A stretch of DNA of 64,000 nt from an uncultured Verrucomicrobiae bacterium. GTDB lineage: Bacteria; Verrucomicrobiota; Verrucomicrobiia; Limisphaerales; Palsa-1400. Positions 20,388 through 30,855 of this stretch are shown one piece after another. The DNA is taken from contig CAVPOM010000014.1 of NCBI GenBank assembly GCA_963707025.1, forward strand, positions 64,001 to 128,000, in the 5' to 3' direction. Every line of letters begins with the position of its first letter. The first letter of the stretch is position 1. The notes beneath the pieces are model-generated. The model was given only the letters and a program-made list of their open reading frames with translations. It was not told where the DNA came from and searched no databases. The position numbers and the translations under genes were made by a program.

Positions 20388-20396
20388 AGAGCGGCC

Positions 20397-21923
20397 ATGA
20401 AATCCACCGGGACAGTTTACCTGGTCGGCGCCGGTCCCGGCGACACCGGGTTGATGACGTTGCGCGGCGCTGAATTGCTCGGGCGGGCCGATGTGGTGGT
20501 TTACGACGCTCTGATCAACGGCGACATTCTCGCCCTGGCTCCTCCTGGCGCGGAAATGATTTATGCCGGCAAACGTTCCGGCGATCACGCCATGCCGCAG
20601 GAACAACTCAACCAATTGCTGGTGGACAAGGCCCGCGCCGGCCAGCGCGTCGTCCGGCTCAAGGGAGGCGACCCTTATGTTTTTGGACGCGGCGGCGAGG
20701 AAGCCCAGGCGCTGGCGGAGGCGCATATCCCTTTTCAAGTTGTCCCCGGCGTTTCCTCCATTTACGCCGCCCCCAATTACGCTGGCATTCCCATAACCCA
20801 CCGCGACCATTGTTCCAGCTTCACCGTTTTCACCGGCCACGAAGACCCGGACAAAAACGAAGCGGGCGCGGATTGGGCGCAAGCGGCCAAAATTCCCGGC
20901 ACCAAAATCATTCTCATGGGCGTGACCCGCATCCGCCAAATCGCCCGGGCGCTGACCGCCCACGGCCTGGATGAAAACACCCCGGTGGCCATGATCCGAT
21001 GGGGGACCACCGGGCGCCAGCAAACCATCCAAGGCACCTTGCAAACCATCGCGGACGTGGTGGAGCGGGCCCGCTTCAAACCTCCCGCCCTGACCATCAT
21101 CGGCCAGGTCGTCCAATTGCGGCCCAAGCTCAATTGGTTCGAGCAACTTCCTCTGTTTGGCCGGCGCATGGTGGTGACGCGCACCCGCGCCCAGGCCAGC
21201 CAGTTGTCCCGCCAATTGCTCGACCGCGGCGCCGACGTGCTGGAAATTCCGACCATCCGCCTCGAGCCGCCCACGGAGCGCCTGGCCCTGGCCGACGCCC
21301 TGCTCGAACTCAATTCTTACGACTGGCTGATCTTCACCAGCCCCAACGGCGTCGCCACATTTTTCGAGTATTTCTTCAAGGTGTTTGAAGACCTGCGCGA
21401 CATCGGCGGCGTGCGCATTGCCGCCGTCGGCCCGGCCACCGCCGCCAAACTTCAGGAGTTGCATCTCAAGGTGGACCTGACCCCGCCGGATTACATCGCC
21501 TCCGGCATCGCCGCGGCGCTGGCCAAATACGAGAGCGTCGAGAATTTGAAAATCCTGCTCCTGCGCGCCGAAGTGGCCGGAAAGGAGCTTCCCCAAATGC
21601 TCGAGGAAATGGGGGCCATTGTGGACGACACCGCCTGTTACAAAACCGTTCCCGAAACGGAGGACCGCAACGGCGCCGCCGCCCGTCTGCTCAAGGACGG
21701 CGCGGACTGGATCACCTTTGCCAGCGGTTCCGCCGTGGAGAATTTTCACGCCCGCTTCAATCTGAACCAGTTGTTGACACAACACCCCAAAATCAAATTC
21801 GCCTCCATCGGCCCCGAAACCAGCAAAGCCATCGCGGCTCTGGGCTTGAAAGCCGCGCTCGAAGCCAGGGAGCACACCATCCCCGGCCTGGTCAAAGCCC
21901 TGGAAAAGGCGGCGCGCGAATGA
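20397..21923 (+). CDS. cobA: Uroporphyrinogen-III C-methyltransferase / uroporphyrinogen-III synthase fusion (CobA/HemD)
   Basis: 'VYLVGAGPGD' and 'RLKGGDPYVFGRGGEE', followed by the HemD part 'VVTRTRAQA', 'FTSPNGV', 'AVGPATA' and 'ITFASGSAV'. Confidence 0.95.
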   Translation: MKSTGTVYLVGAGPGDTGLMTLRGAELLGRADVVVYDALINGDILALAPPGAEMIYAGKRSGDHAMPQEQLNQLLVDKARAGQRVVRLKGGDPYVFGRGGEEAQALAEAHIPFQVVPGVSSIYAAPNYAGIPITHRDHCSSFTVFTGHEDPDKNEAGADWAQAAKIPGTKIILMGVTRIRQIARALTAHGLDENTPVAMIRWGTTGRQQTIQGTLQTIADVVERARFKPPALTIIGQVVQLRPKLNWFEQLPLFGRRMVVTRTRAQASQLSRQLLDRGADVLEIPTIRLEPPTERLALADALLELNSYDWLIFTSPNGVATFFEYFFKVFEDLRDIGGVRIAAVGPATAAKLQELHLKVDLTPPDYIASGIAAALAKYESVENLKILLLRAEVAGKELPQMLEEMGAIVDDTACYKTVPETEDRNGAAARLLKDGADWITFASGSAVENFHARFNLNQLLTQHPKIKFASIGPETSKAIAALGLKAALEAREHTIPGLVKALEKAARE

Positions 21924-21933
21924 CCTCATCCTG

Positions 21934-21960
21934 GGTGGCACAGGCGACCCGCCTGTGCCG
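21934..21960 (+). repeat. REP-like hairpin between convergent genes (possible bidirectional terminator)
   Basis: GGT-GGCACAGGCG-ACC-CGCCTGTGCC, a perfect 10-bp stem. Confidence 0.6.
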
Positions 21961-21984
21961 GCCTTGCGGTCTGAATTATCCGGG

Positions 21985-23400
21985 CTAAACACACTGCGTC
22001 AGCCGCGCGCCCTGGCGGATGAGCGCGGCGGCGGCGGCGGGCGATTTGGCCTCGGCGTAGATGCGCAGGACCGGCTCGGTGCCGGAACCGCGCAGCATCA
22101 GCCACGCCCCCTCGCGGGAAATTAGTTTGACGCCGTCGAAGGATTTGATTTCGGCCAGCGGGGAGCCGAGCAGCCCGGGCGGCGGATGGGTTCGGCAGTG
22201 TTCCATCAGGGCGGCGCGTTTTTCCAGCGGGAAATGGGTGTCCAGCCGCGCGTAATGATGCGGGCCGAACTGCCTCTCCAGGCGGCGCAGCAGTTGGTTG
22301 ACGGAAACGCGCTCGGTGGCGAGCAATTCCAGCAGCATCATGCCGGCGGCGATGCCGTCGCGTTCCGGCATCAGTTCGGGGAATCCGATGCCGCCGCTTT
22401 CCTCAAAGCCGAGCAGCGTGTTGCCCTTGAGCATTTCCGCGCAGATATATTTGAACCCGACGCCGGTCTCCACCAGTTCCAGGCCGTAGTGGGCGCACAT
22501 CTTGTCCACCATGGAAGTCGTGGTGAGCGCCTTGATGACCCGTCCCCTGCCCCGCCGATTGACAATGAAATGATGCAGCAGCAAACAAATAATTTGATGG
22601 GTGGTCAAAGGCCGGCCCCGCCCGTCCATCCCGCCCACCCGGTCGGCATCGCCATCGGTCACCAGGCAAATGTCGTGGGGATGCTTTTGCAGCCAGGCGG
22701 AACTGGCGGCGTAATTTTGCGCGACCGGTTCGGGATTCACGCCGCCGAAATTGGGGTCATGCCGCCCATCCAGCGTGGTGACGCGACAGGTGGTGCCGCG
22801 CAACAACTGCTCAAAACAGCCCGCTCCCACCCCAAAGAGAGCCTCGTGGGCGAAGCGCAGCCTGGAGCGGGCGATCAATTTGAAGTCAACCATCCGTTTA
22901 ATCGCCCGGAAAAGAGCGGGCCGCAGATCGCGCACCTGCAGCCGCCCGGCGCGGATGGCCCCGGCCGCGCCGGCGGCGCGCACGGGGTTTTGGTCCAGCA
23001 GCCTTTCCACCGCCTGGCAAAGGGGCGCCTCGGCCGACCCGCCGTAGTGCGCCTTGATTTTGAAGCCGTTGAACATGGGCGGATTATGGCTGGCGGTGAT
23101 CATGACGCCGCCCGCCGCCTTTTGTGTCTTGACAGCAAAGGAAACCGCCGGAGTGGGGGTGGGGCCGGCGCTCAACACCACCTCGAACCCGTTTCCGGCC
23201 AAAACTTCCGCCACACGCCGGCCAAATTGATCGGAAAGAAACCGGCGGTCGTAGCCGACGATGATCCTCTTTTCCGTGCCGGCCACCGGAGAGCCGTTCC
23301 AAAAATCGGCGGCGGCCTGGCTGACCCGGTCCAGGTTGTGGAAGGTGAAATCCCCGGCGATCACAGCCCGCCAGCCATCGGTTCCGAAGTTGATGCTCAT
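21985..23400 (-). CDS. Phosphoglucomutase/phosphomannomutase family protein
   Basis: 'FGTDGWR', 'TASHNP', 'DGDADR', 'EESGG' and 'RGSGTEP'. Confidence 0.95.
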   Translation of the reverse strand: MSINFGTDGWRAVIAGDFTFHNLDRVSQAAADFWNGSPVAGTEKRIIVGYDRRFLSDQFGRRVAEVLAGNGFEVVLSAGPTPTPAVSFAVKTQKAAGGVMITASHNPPMFNGFKIKAHYGGSAEAPLCQAVERLLDQNPVRAAGAAGAIRAGRLQVRDLRPALFRAIKRMVDFKLIARSRLRFAHEALFGVGAGCFEQLLRGTTCRVTTLDGRHDPNFGGVNPEPVAQNYAASSAWLQKHPHDICLVTDGDADRVGGMDGRGRPLTTHQIICLLLHHFIVNRRGRGRVIKALTTTSMVDKMCAHYGLELVETGVGFKYICAEMLKGNTLLGFEESGGIGFPELMPERDGIAAGMMLLELLATERVSVNQLLRRLERQFGPHHYARLDTHFPLEKRAALMEHCRTHPPPGLLGSPLAEIKSFDGVKLISREGAWLMLRGSGTEPVLRIYAEAKSPAAAAALIRQGARLTQCV

Positions 23401-23407
23401 GCCGGAT

Positions 23408-24079
23408 TCATGGGCCAGGTTGAGCCGCCGCCCCGGCCAGTTTCCTCAATTTGGCGACGGCCGCCTTCAGGTTGGCCCGGTGGAAAAGACCGGTGCCGCT
23501 GATGAAGGTGTCCGCCCCCGCCGTGGCACACTGGGCGACGGTCTGGCAATCCACGCCGCCATCCACCGCGATGCGGCAGGCCAGGCCGCGTTCGCGCCGC
23601 CAGGCGGCCGCCTGCTGGATTTTAGGCAGCGTTTCGGTGATGAACGGCTGCCCGCCGTAACCCGGATTGACCGTCATGACCAGCAGCGAATCCACCTGGT
23701 CCAGAAACGGCTCGACCGCCTGCATGGCGGTGGGCGGATTGATGGCCAGGCCAATTTGCTTGTGCAACGAACGAATTTTCCAAATCAACGCCGTGACCTG
23801 CGGTCCCAGCTCCACATGAACGGTCAGGCGGTCCGCCCCGGCCCGGGCAAAGGGTTCGAGCAGGATTTCCGGGCGCGAGCACATGAGGTGAACGTCAAAT
23901 ATAAGTTTGTTCAGCGGCCGGACCGCCTCGACCACGGCCGGCCCGAAGGAAAGGTTGGGCACGAAATGGCCGTCCATGATGTCCAGGTGCAGCCAGTCCG
24001 CCCCGGACCGGTCCACGCGGGCGGCTTCCTGGCCGAGCCTGGTAAAATTGGACGCCAGGAGCGAGGCAGCAATAATCAT
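23408..24079 (-). CDS. rpe: Ribulose-phosphate 3-epimerase
   Basis: 'HLDIMDGHFVPN', 'DVHLM', 'MTVNPGYGGQ' and 'VDGGV'. Confidence 0.96.
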   Translation of the reverse strand: MIIAASLLASNFTRLGQEAARVDRSGADWLHLDIMDGHFVPNLSFGPAVVEAVRPLNKLIFDVHLMCSRPEILLEPFARAGADRLTVHVELGPQVTALIWKIRSLHKQIGLAINPPTAMQAVEPFLDQVDSLLVMTVNPGYGGQPFITETLPKIQQAAAWRRERGLACRIAVDGGVDCQTVAQCATAGADTFISGTGLFHRANLKAAVAKLRKLAGAAAQPGP

Positions 24080-24142
24080 CGGGGCGAAGCGTAATGAAAC
24101 CCGCCCCGTCCCGTCAACCGGCATTCCCGCCCGCGACCGGAC

Positions 24143-24177
24143 AATGCGAAATGAAGAATGCAGAATGCAGAATGAAG
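24143..24177 (+). repeat. Heptamer tandem repeat (AATGCAG-like, five copies)
   Basis: aatgcga aatgaag aatgcag aatgcag aatgaag. Confidence 0.85.
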
Positions 24178-24299
24178 AGGCGAGTTTAATGGCTCTGGCA
24201 CGGGAGAACCATGAACCTGGAACGGCGAACGAAACTCGTGGTTGCATCTGCCTACCGGCTTGATTGACATGCCCCCTCTACTATTGCCACCATGCCCGC

Positions 24300-25535
24300 A
24301 TGAGAAAGGTTTCCTCTTTGGCCCTGATCCTGGCCGCGGCGATGCTCTGCGCCTCGGCCCGCGCCGCAGATTGGCCGTGCTTTCGCGGCCCGAACCACAA
24401 CGGCATTTCGGCGGAGACGGGATGGCTGGTGCAATGGCCGGCGGAGGGACCCAAACCACTTTGGAAAGCATCCATTGGCCTGGGCTATGCCGCGATCACT
24501 GTCGCCAATGGCCGGGCGTACGCTGCCGGAAACGCGGGCGACACCGCCACGCTGTATTGTTTCGATGCCGACACGGGCCACAATCTCTGGAGATTCTCCT
24601 GCGCCAATCAGATTCTGAATGATTATAGCAAACCCAAAGGAATGGGAGGCGCGAGCGGCTCGCCCGCCATTGAGGGCGACCGGGTTTATCTGATGAGCGG
24701 AGACGGCTGCTTGTTCGCCTTGGAAACGCAGAGCGGGGCGATAGTTTGGTCCAACAACCTCGTCGTGGAACTGGGCCTGATCAAGCCGCACTGGGGATTC
24801 ACCGGTTCTCCACTGGTGCAGGATAATTTGCTGGTGGTTGACGCCGGCGGTTCGGGCACGGCGGTGGATAAAAGCAGCGGCAAGGTCGTGTGGACTTCAG
24901 ACAAGGCCATATCGGGTTATTCGACGCCGGTGCCCTGTTCCTTCAACGGCACCCCGGCCGTCGCCATTCTTTCGGTGGACACGGCCTGCGCAGTGGAGAC
25001 AAAAACCGGCAAAGCCATCTGGAGTTTTCCCTTTAAAACGCAGAACAACCTCAACATCGCCGACGTGGTTGTTTCCAACAACAACTTTTTCGTGTCCTCC
25101 GGCTACAACCACGGCGGGGTCATGGCCAGTTTCGATGGCACGAACGCCAGGCAGGTCTGGGCCAACCCGGGTTTCGCCAACCACATCAATTCGTCTATTC
25201 TGATTGACGGCTATTTGTATGGCGTGGCGGGAATGGTCAATGGCGGCGCCCAGTCTGCCGTTTTGCAGTGCGTTGAATTCGCGACCGGCGCTCAAAAGTG
25301 GAGTTATGCGGGGCTGGGCGGCGGCGGATTGATCGTGGCCGATCACAAAATCATCATGTTGAGCGACACGGGCGAACTGGTGGTGGGCGAGGCTTCCCCC
25401 GCGGCGTTCGCCCCGATTTGCCGCGCCCGGGTTCTCAAGGAGTGGTGCTGGACGGCTCCCACCCTGGCCAACGGCCGCATTTACTGCCGCAACAACCAAG
25501 GCGACCTGGTTTGCCTGGACGTGAAAGCCCCTTGA
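24300..25535 (+). CDS. Secreted PQQ-like beta-propeller protein (BamB-like repeat family)
   Basis: Signal peptide ending ARAADW, 'WPCFRGP', repeated 'TG...W' blades and 'WTAPTLANGRIY'. Confidence 0.88.
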   Translation: MRKVSSLALILAAAMLCASARAADWPCFRGPNHNGISAETGWLVQWPAEGPKPLWKASIGLGYAAITVANGRAYAAGNAGDTATLYCFDADTGHNLWRFSCANQILNDYSKPKGMGGASGSPAIEGDRVYLMSGDGCLFALETQSGAIVWSNNLVVELGLIKPHWGFTGSPLVQDNLLVVDAGGSGTAVDKSSGKVVWTSDKAISGYSTPVPCSFNGTPAVAILSVDTACAVETKTGKAIWSFPFKTQNNLNIADVVVSNNNFFVSSGYNHGGVMASFDGTNARQVWANPGFANHINSSILIDGYLYGVAGMVNGGAQSAVLQCVEFATGAQKWSYAGLGGGGLIVADHKIIMLSDTGELVVGEASPAAFAPICRARVLKEWCWTAPTLANGRIYCRNNQGDLVCLDVKAP

Positions 25536-25630
25536 CGGTTCGGAAGCGGGCAAAGTCGAGGACCTTCTCCTGCGACGAAAGGGAGAATTGTTTCCAACGA
25601 AGTGGGGATTTTGAGGCGCCCCGCGAAAAC

Positions 25631-27655
25631 TCACACCGGGGCGGGCGCGGGGGTGCCGTAGCCGGGAAGCTTGGGCGGGAGCGGCTTGGGCACGTCGGTC
25701 AGGGGCGTGGCGGCGATGGCGCCGGAAGGCGGATCCACCTTCGGGGCCGGCGGCGGCGGGGTAAAGGTGCCGGTGGCCACGATCTGCTTGACTTGTTCGC
25801 CGTCCAGCGATTCGTATTCCAAGAGGGCGTTGGCGATGATTTCCAATTTGTCGCGATTGGCCTCAATGAGGCTCTTGGCCCTTTGATAGGCCTCGTTGAT
25901 GATGCGCTTGACTTCCGTGTCGATTTCCTGGGCGGTAAATTCGCTGTAATCCTGGCGCTGCACCATGTCCCGGCCCATAAACACCCGGTCGCCGTCGTTG
26001 CCGTATTGCACCATGCCCAGTTTGTCGCTCATGCCCCACTGGCAAACCATGGAGTGGGCCACGGCGGTGGCTTGCTGGATGTCGCCGGCGGCGCCGCTGG
26101 AAATATCGCCCGAGGTCAATTCTTCGGCAATGCGGCCGGCCATCATGACGGCGATTAAATCGAGCATTTGCTTGCGGCGATGGGCCAGGACGTCGTCCTC
26201 GGGCAGGGACATGGTGGAACCGAGGGTCTGGCCGCGCGGAATAATGGTTACTTTATGGAGGGGATACGTATGTTCGAGCATGACACTGACCAGGGCATGG
26301 CCGGCCTCGTGCCAGGCGGTGCATTTCTTGTCCTCTTCGGTCATGGCCATGCTGCGGCGCTCGCGCCCCATGCGGACTTTGACGCGGGCTTCCTCCAGTT
26401 CGGGAGTGCCGATGGTTTTTTTGTTCATGCGAGCGGCGAGGAGGGCGGCTTCATTGAGGAGATTGGCCAGATCGGCTCCGGAGTAACCGGGAGTGCCGCG
26501 GGCGATGACGGCCAGATTGGCCGAAGCATCCAGTTTGACGTTGCGGGCGTGGACTTTCAAAATGGCTTCGCGCCCGCGCACGTCGGGAAGGTTGACCATG
26601 ATTTGGCGGTCAAAACGACCGGGCCGCAACAAGGCCGGGTCCAGCACATCGGGACGGTTGGTGGCGGCAATGATGATGATGCCATCCTGCGTGTCAAACC
26701 CATCCATCTCGACGAGCAAGGCGTTGAGGGTCTGTTCCCGTTCGTCGTTGCCACCGCCCCAGCCGTGACCTCGGCTGCGCCCCACCGCGTCAATTTCATC
26801 AATAAAAATCAAGCAGGGGACGTTTTTGCGGGCTTGCTCGAACATGTCGCGCACGCGGCTGGCGCCGACGCCGACAAACATTTCCACAAAGTCCGAACCG
26901 CTGATGCTGAAGAAGGAGGCGTCGGCTTCCCCCGCAATGGCCTTGGCCAGGAGGGTCTTGCCCGTGCCGGGAGCGCCCACCATGAGGATGCCCTTGGGAA
27001 TGCGCCCGCCGAGCTTTTGAAATTTCTTCGGGTCCTTGAGAAATTCGACCAGTTCGGAGACCTCCTCCTTGGCTTCCTCCACGCCGGCGACGTCCTTGAA
27101 AGTGATTTTGTTGCGCTCCTTGTTCAACATGCGGGCGCGGCTCTTGCCAAAGCTGAGGGCGCCTTTGCCGGCCATCTTGATCTGGCGGATGATGAAGAAG
27201 TAAATGACGCCCAGAATCAGGGCGATGGGCAGCAACTGGTAAAGCAGCCCCACCATCAAATTATTGCCTTTGGCGAATTGGAATTGCCCCGAATCCATCA
27301 ACTTGGTGGTGACGGTGTCGGGCAAGGCGGTCTCCAGACTGAACTTGGTGGTGGTTTTGGTCTGGCCGGGTGGATCGTAGAAACTGCCGGTGATTCTTTT
27401 CAGGTCGGGTGAATCCAAGCCGTAGATGATTTTGCCGGAGCCGGGCACCAGGTTGTTCTTGTCCAGTTGATCCTTCAGTTGGGTCCAAAGGGTGAATTCC
27501 TTGACCGGCTGCTCGGTGGTTTTGTTGATGAGGAAGAAGACCAGGACCAGGGAAATAATGCCTGTCCAGAGAAGCACGGTGCGCTGCGGGATGCGCACAT
27601 CTCCGTTGCGTTTATCGTTCCGATCCGGCTCGGTTGGGCGGTTCAAATCAGCCAT
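25631..27655 (-). CDS. ftsH: ATP-dependent zinc metalloprotease FtsH
   Basis: Two TM segments, Walker A 'GAPGTGKT', 'FIDEID', SRH '[12 protein letters not shown]' and 'HEAGH'. Confidence 0.98.
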   Translation of the reverse strand: MADLNRPTEPDRNDKRNGDVRIPQRTVLLWTGIISLVLVFFLINKTTEQPVKEFTLWTQLKDQLDKNNLVPGSGKIIYGLDSPDLKRITGSFYDPPGQTKTTTKFSLETALPDTVTTKLMDSGQFQFAKGNNLMVGLLYQLLPIALILGVIYFFIIRQIKMAGKGALSFGKSRARMLNKERNKITFKDVAGVEEAKEEVSELVEFLKDPKKFQKLGGRIPKGILMVGAPGTGKTLLAKAIAGEADASFFSISGSDFVEMFVGVGASRVRDMFEQARKNVPCLIFIDEIDAVGRSRGHGWGGGNDEREQTLNALLVEMDGFDTQDGIIIIAATNRPDVLDPALLRPGRFDRQIMVNLPDVRGREAILKVHARNVKLDASANLAVIARGTPGYSGADLANLLNEAALLAARMNKKTIGTPELEEARVKVRMGRERRSMAMTEEDKKCTAWHEAGHALVSVMLEHTYPLHKVTIIPRGQTLGSTMSLPEDDVLAHRRKQMLDLIAVMMAGRIAEELTSGDISSGAAGDIQQATAVAHSMVCQWGMSDKLGMVQYGNDGDRVFMGRDMVQRQDYSEFTAQEIDTEVKRIINEAYQRAKSLIEANRDKLEIIANALLEYESLDGEQVKQIVATGTFTPPPPAPKVDPPSGAIAATPLTDVPKPLPPKLPGYGTPAPAPV

Positions 27656-27693
27656 GTTATGTAAAGTTACTGGTTAAGAGTATCATGGGCCGG

Positions 27694-29088
27694 TCAAAGC
27701 CGCAACCCCGACTTGTCAAATCCTCCGGCGCGCTCCCAGCTCCAATTCAACCGGCGGAGGGTGGTTTTGTCGAGCTTAAAACCCTCGGCGATGCGCAGCC
27801 CCTCCACCCAGAAGATCTCGCCCCGGCCGGTGGCCGCGACGACGCGGCGGCGGCGTTCGGCGCGGGGCACTTTGAGGTTGGTGAAAATGTCCTGAAGTTT
27901 GGCCGGCGCGGCGGCGCCGATGAGGTGGAAACGGTCGCCCGGCCGCCAGTGGCGCAGACAAATCCGCGGGCCAACCTTGTCGGCATCAAAACACTCCAGA
28001 TCGGGCCGCCGGGCACAGTTCATCCCAGTGGTATCGGCCAGTTCCCAGGAAACCTTGAACTGGCGGAAATCGGCGCTGCGGCGGCGGCGGTTCAAATTCA
28101 GGCGCAGGGAGGCGGCATCGAAGCGGGTTCTTTCCACTTTTTGGAGCCGCACCAGCCCGTCGGCCGCCAGGATGAAGCAGTAGCCGGGGCGGGCGGGGAC
28201 AGGCTGATTTGGCCTGGTTCGCAAGCGCTCCACCAGTTCAAAATCCGCCGGCTGCTCCAGTTTGTAGAGTTGTTCCCGGATGACTTGTCGTTGCACGGCG
28301 ACGGGCAGGAGGGCCCACGGCTTCCGGCGCCGGCGGGCCAGCCATTGGGAAGCCAAATCCAATACAAGGTCCGCCTCGGCCCGGGCCAACTCCATCTCGC
28401 GAAGAACGCATCGTCCCAGGGCGGGCTGGTACCTGGCCCGCAACAAGGGCAGCAATTCATGGCGGACACGATTGCGCAGGATGTCCAGGCTGGCATTGCT
28501 GGCGTCTTCGGAAAACGGGACGCCCTGGGCGCGCGCATAGTCTGCCAAGTCGGATTTCGACAGGCCGAGCAAGGGCCGGACCAGGGTGATGCTTTGGCCA
28601 ACCGGCGAGCTGCTCCACTTCATGCCGGCCAGCCCCGCGCTGCCGGCGCCGCGCAGGACGCGCAGGAAAAACAATTCCACCTGGTCGTCGGCGTGGTGGG
28701 CCGTGGCCACGGTGGCCAGGCCGCGCTGTCTGGCGGCGCGGGCCAGGAAGGCATGGCGCAAGTCCCGCGCGGCCATTTCCACCGACCATCCGCGCCGCCG
28801 GGCCACGGTCTTGACTGCGGCGCGCCCCACCACCACCGGCCAGCCGAGGGCCTTGGCCTGGCGGCGGACAAGCTGTTCGTCGGCCTGGCTGGCCCGGCCG
28901 CGCAACTGATGGTTAAAGTGCGCCACCGTGAGCTGCCAGCGATGGGCGGCGGCCAGGCGATGAAGCAACGCCAGCAGCACCATCGAATCCAGCCCGCCGG
29001 AAACGGCGACCAGAATCTTTTGGCCGTCGCGGAAAAGTTTCTCCGCGCGAATCACCGCTTCGACTTGCTGTGGCAGATCCGGCTTCAA
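27694..29088 (-). CDS. tilS: tRNA(Ile)-lysidine synthetase
   Basis: PP-loop 'VAVSGGLDSMVLL', 'HFNHQLRG', 'TAHHADDQVE', 'EDASN' and 'RNRVR'; upstream of ftsH. Start approximate. Confidence 0.94.
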   Translation of the reverse strand: MKPDLPQQVEAVIRAEKLFRDGQKILVAVSGGLDSMVLLALLHRLAAAHRWQLTVAHFNHQLRGRASQADEQLVRRQAKALGWPVVVGRAAVKTVARRRGWSVEMAARDLRHAFLARAARQRGLATVATAHHADDQVELFFLRVLRGAGSAGLAGMKWSSSPVGQSITLVRPLLGLSKSDLADYARAQGVPFSEDASNASLDILRNRVRHELLPLLRARYQPALGRCVLREMELARAEADLVLDLASQWLARRRRKPWALLPVAVQRQVIREQLYKLEQPADFELVERLRTRPNQPVPARPGYCFILAADGLVRLQKVERTRFDAASLRLNLNRRRRSADFRQFKVSWELADTTGMNCARRPDLECFDADKVGPRICLRHWRPGDRFHLIGAAAPAKLQDIFTNLKVPRAERRRRVVAATGRGEIFWVEGLRIAEGFKLDKTTLRRLNWSWERAGGFDKSGLRL

Positions 29089-29140
29089 GGCTGGCAGTTT
29101 AAAGTTTAAAGTTTCGTGGAACAAGAAGTAGTATGGCCCC

Positions 29141-29932
29141 ATGAACGGCGTCCTTTCGCGCAACGGGCGGATCGGCTTGGTCGCGGGCGTGGCGCTGGCG
29201 GGGGCGGCCGTCTTTCTGCTGCTGCGCCCGCTGCGCCAGCCGGAGAGCTACCATCAGTTTATTGATGACAGGACCATCTGGGGAATCCCCAATTGCCTGA
29301 ACGTCCTGTCCAACGCCCCGTTCGCCATCGTCGGCGTCATGGGGTTGTGCTTTCTTGGGAAAAAGCGCGCGCCGCAGTCTGGCGGCGGCTTCCTGGAGGA
29401 GGGCGAGCGGCTGCCTCTGGCCGTCTTTTTCCTGGGCGCCTTCCTGACCTGTTTTGGATCGGGTTACTATCACTGGGCGCCAAACGACGCGACGCTGGCG
29501 TGGGACCGCCTGCCCATGACGCTGGCCTTTATGGCCCTCCTGGCCGCCGTGGCCGGCGAACGGATTGACGTGCGGGCCGGGTTGTGGCTGCTGTGGCCGC
29601 TGGTCATCGCGGGCGCGGCCACGGTCTGGTGGTGGCGGAGGACGGGGAATCTCTGGCCCTATGCGGGCGCGCAATACTTTTCCATCGTCCTGATCGTCCT
29701 GCTCCTGGTTCTTTTTCCGCCGCGCTACACGCGCAGCCTGGATCTGCTGTGGGTCATGGGGTTCTACCTCCTGGCCAAGGCGGCGGAAGCGCTCGACCGG
29801 CCCATTTTCGCATTGACAGGGTTTGTCAGCGGGCACACTGTCAAACATCTGATTGCGGCCGTGGCCGTTTACTGGGTCCTGAGGATGCTGCAAAAAAGGT
29901 CGGGCCTGGCCCCCTCCCGGCCGGCGCCTTAA
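29141..29932 (+). CDS. Alkaline ceramidase-like (CREST-type) membrane protein
   Basis: 'YHQFIDDR..GIPN..NVLSN', 'GSGYYH', 'WDRLPM' and 'SGHTVKHL'; multiple TM segments. Confidence 0.75.
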   Translation: MNGVLSRNGRIGLVAGVALAGAAVFLLLRPLRQPESYHQFIDDRTIWGIPNCLNVLSNAPFAIVGVMGLCFLGKKRAPQSGGGFLEEGERLPLAVFFLGAFLTCFGSGYYHWAPNDATLAWDRLPMTLAFMALLAAVAGERIDVRAGLWLLWPLVIAGAATVWWWRRTGNLWPYAGAQYFSIVLIVLLLVLFPPRYTRSLDLLWVMGFYLLAKAAEALDRPIFALTGFVSGHTVKHLIAAVAVYWVLRMLQKRSGLAPSRPAP

Positions 29933-30645
29933 CGGCGGCCCCAGTGGCCCCCGTGCATTTCCCAACCGCGCGGACCGCGGCCCCAATAGCCGCCCACCCA
30001 GATGAACCCAGGATAGGGCGGCAAATCCCAGTAACCGGCCCGCCAAACCCATCCGCCATTCCACACCCACTCGCCCCCGCACCAGATATAACCTGGCCCG
30101 GGCGAGGCCAGCATCGGTTCCACCGGAACGGGCGGCGGCGCGGTAGCCACCATAGTGGCCGCAGCCGTGGTGGGCGTGTTGACGATGTAATCAATGACCC
30201 GCTTGGACACACCTGAGTCCTGCAAATCAATGATGTCAGTGGCCCTGAGATGGTAAACGGTATGGGAATTGATGATCTGGGCGATGATGGTGTCGTCGCT
30301 GACCTGCGCTCTGCTCATCGCCTTCACGTCGGCCAGGCTCAAGGGGGTGCCCGCCTGCGCCCGGGCGTAAGTATCGGGATATTGCTGGCGGAGACGCATG
30401 TCCTGCTGTTGATCGGCGGAGTGGCCGATCAATCCGCCCAGAGCGGCGCCGGACAACGCGCCAATCGCTGCGCCCGCCCCGGCATTGTGAGCCGCGGCGC
30501 CGATAATCGCCCCGGTGGCCGCGCCAAACGCGCCCCCGGCCAGCACGCCGGTGCCGGTATTGTCCGGCGTGCCATTGGGGTTATAACAGCCTGTCACGGC
30601 CAAAGCCGTGAGGGCCACCGCCAAGGTGGAGGTTGTTCTCTTCAT
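29929..30645 (-). CDS. Glycine-zipper lipoprotein with C-terminal WxxGxW repeats
   Basis: Lipobox 'VTGC', glycine zipper 'GAATGAIIG..GAAIGALSGAALGGLIG', and 'PGYIWCGGEWVW..WVWRAGYW..WVGGYW'. Confidence 0.82.
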   Translation of the reverse strand: MKRTTSTLAVALTALAVTGCYNPNGTPDNTGTGVLAGGAFGAATGAIIGAAAHNAGAGAAIGALSGAALGGLIGHSADQQQDMRLRQQYPDTYARAQAGTPLSLADVKAMSRAQVSDDTIIAQIINSHTVYHLRATDIIDLQDSGVSKRVIDYIVNTPTTAAATMVATAPPPVPVEPMLASPGPGYIWCGGEWVWNGGWVWRAGYWDLPPYPGFIWVGGYWGRGPRGWEMHGGHWGRR

Positions 30646-30855
30646 AAATGTCAAAGTGCCTGTTTTCATATTTCAATTAACATTTAACCCAAATTCGTTG
30701 CTTTTCCAATCAAAATTCACTTGCCGGGCGCGAACTTTGGCGCTCTCACTACCCATACGGATTAGACGCCAAAACCTTGCAGGGTATTTGAAATTAGTTC
30801 TCCCGTCTCTAACCGCCTCGGGCGGAATAAGTTGAGAAAGGCCGAGGGCGGGCCT

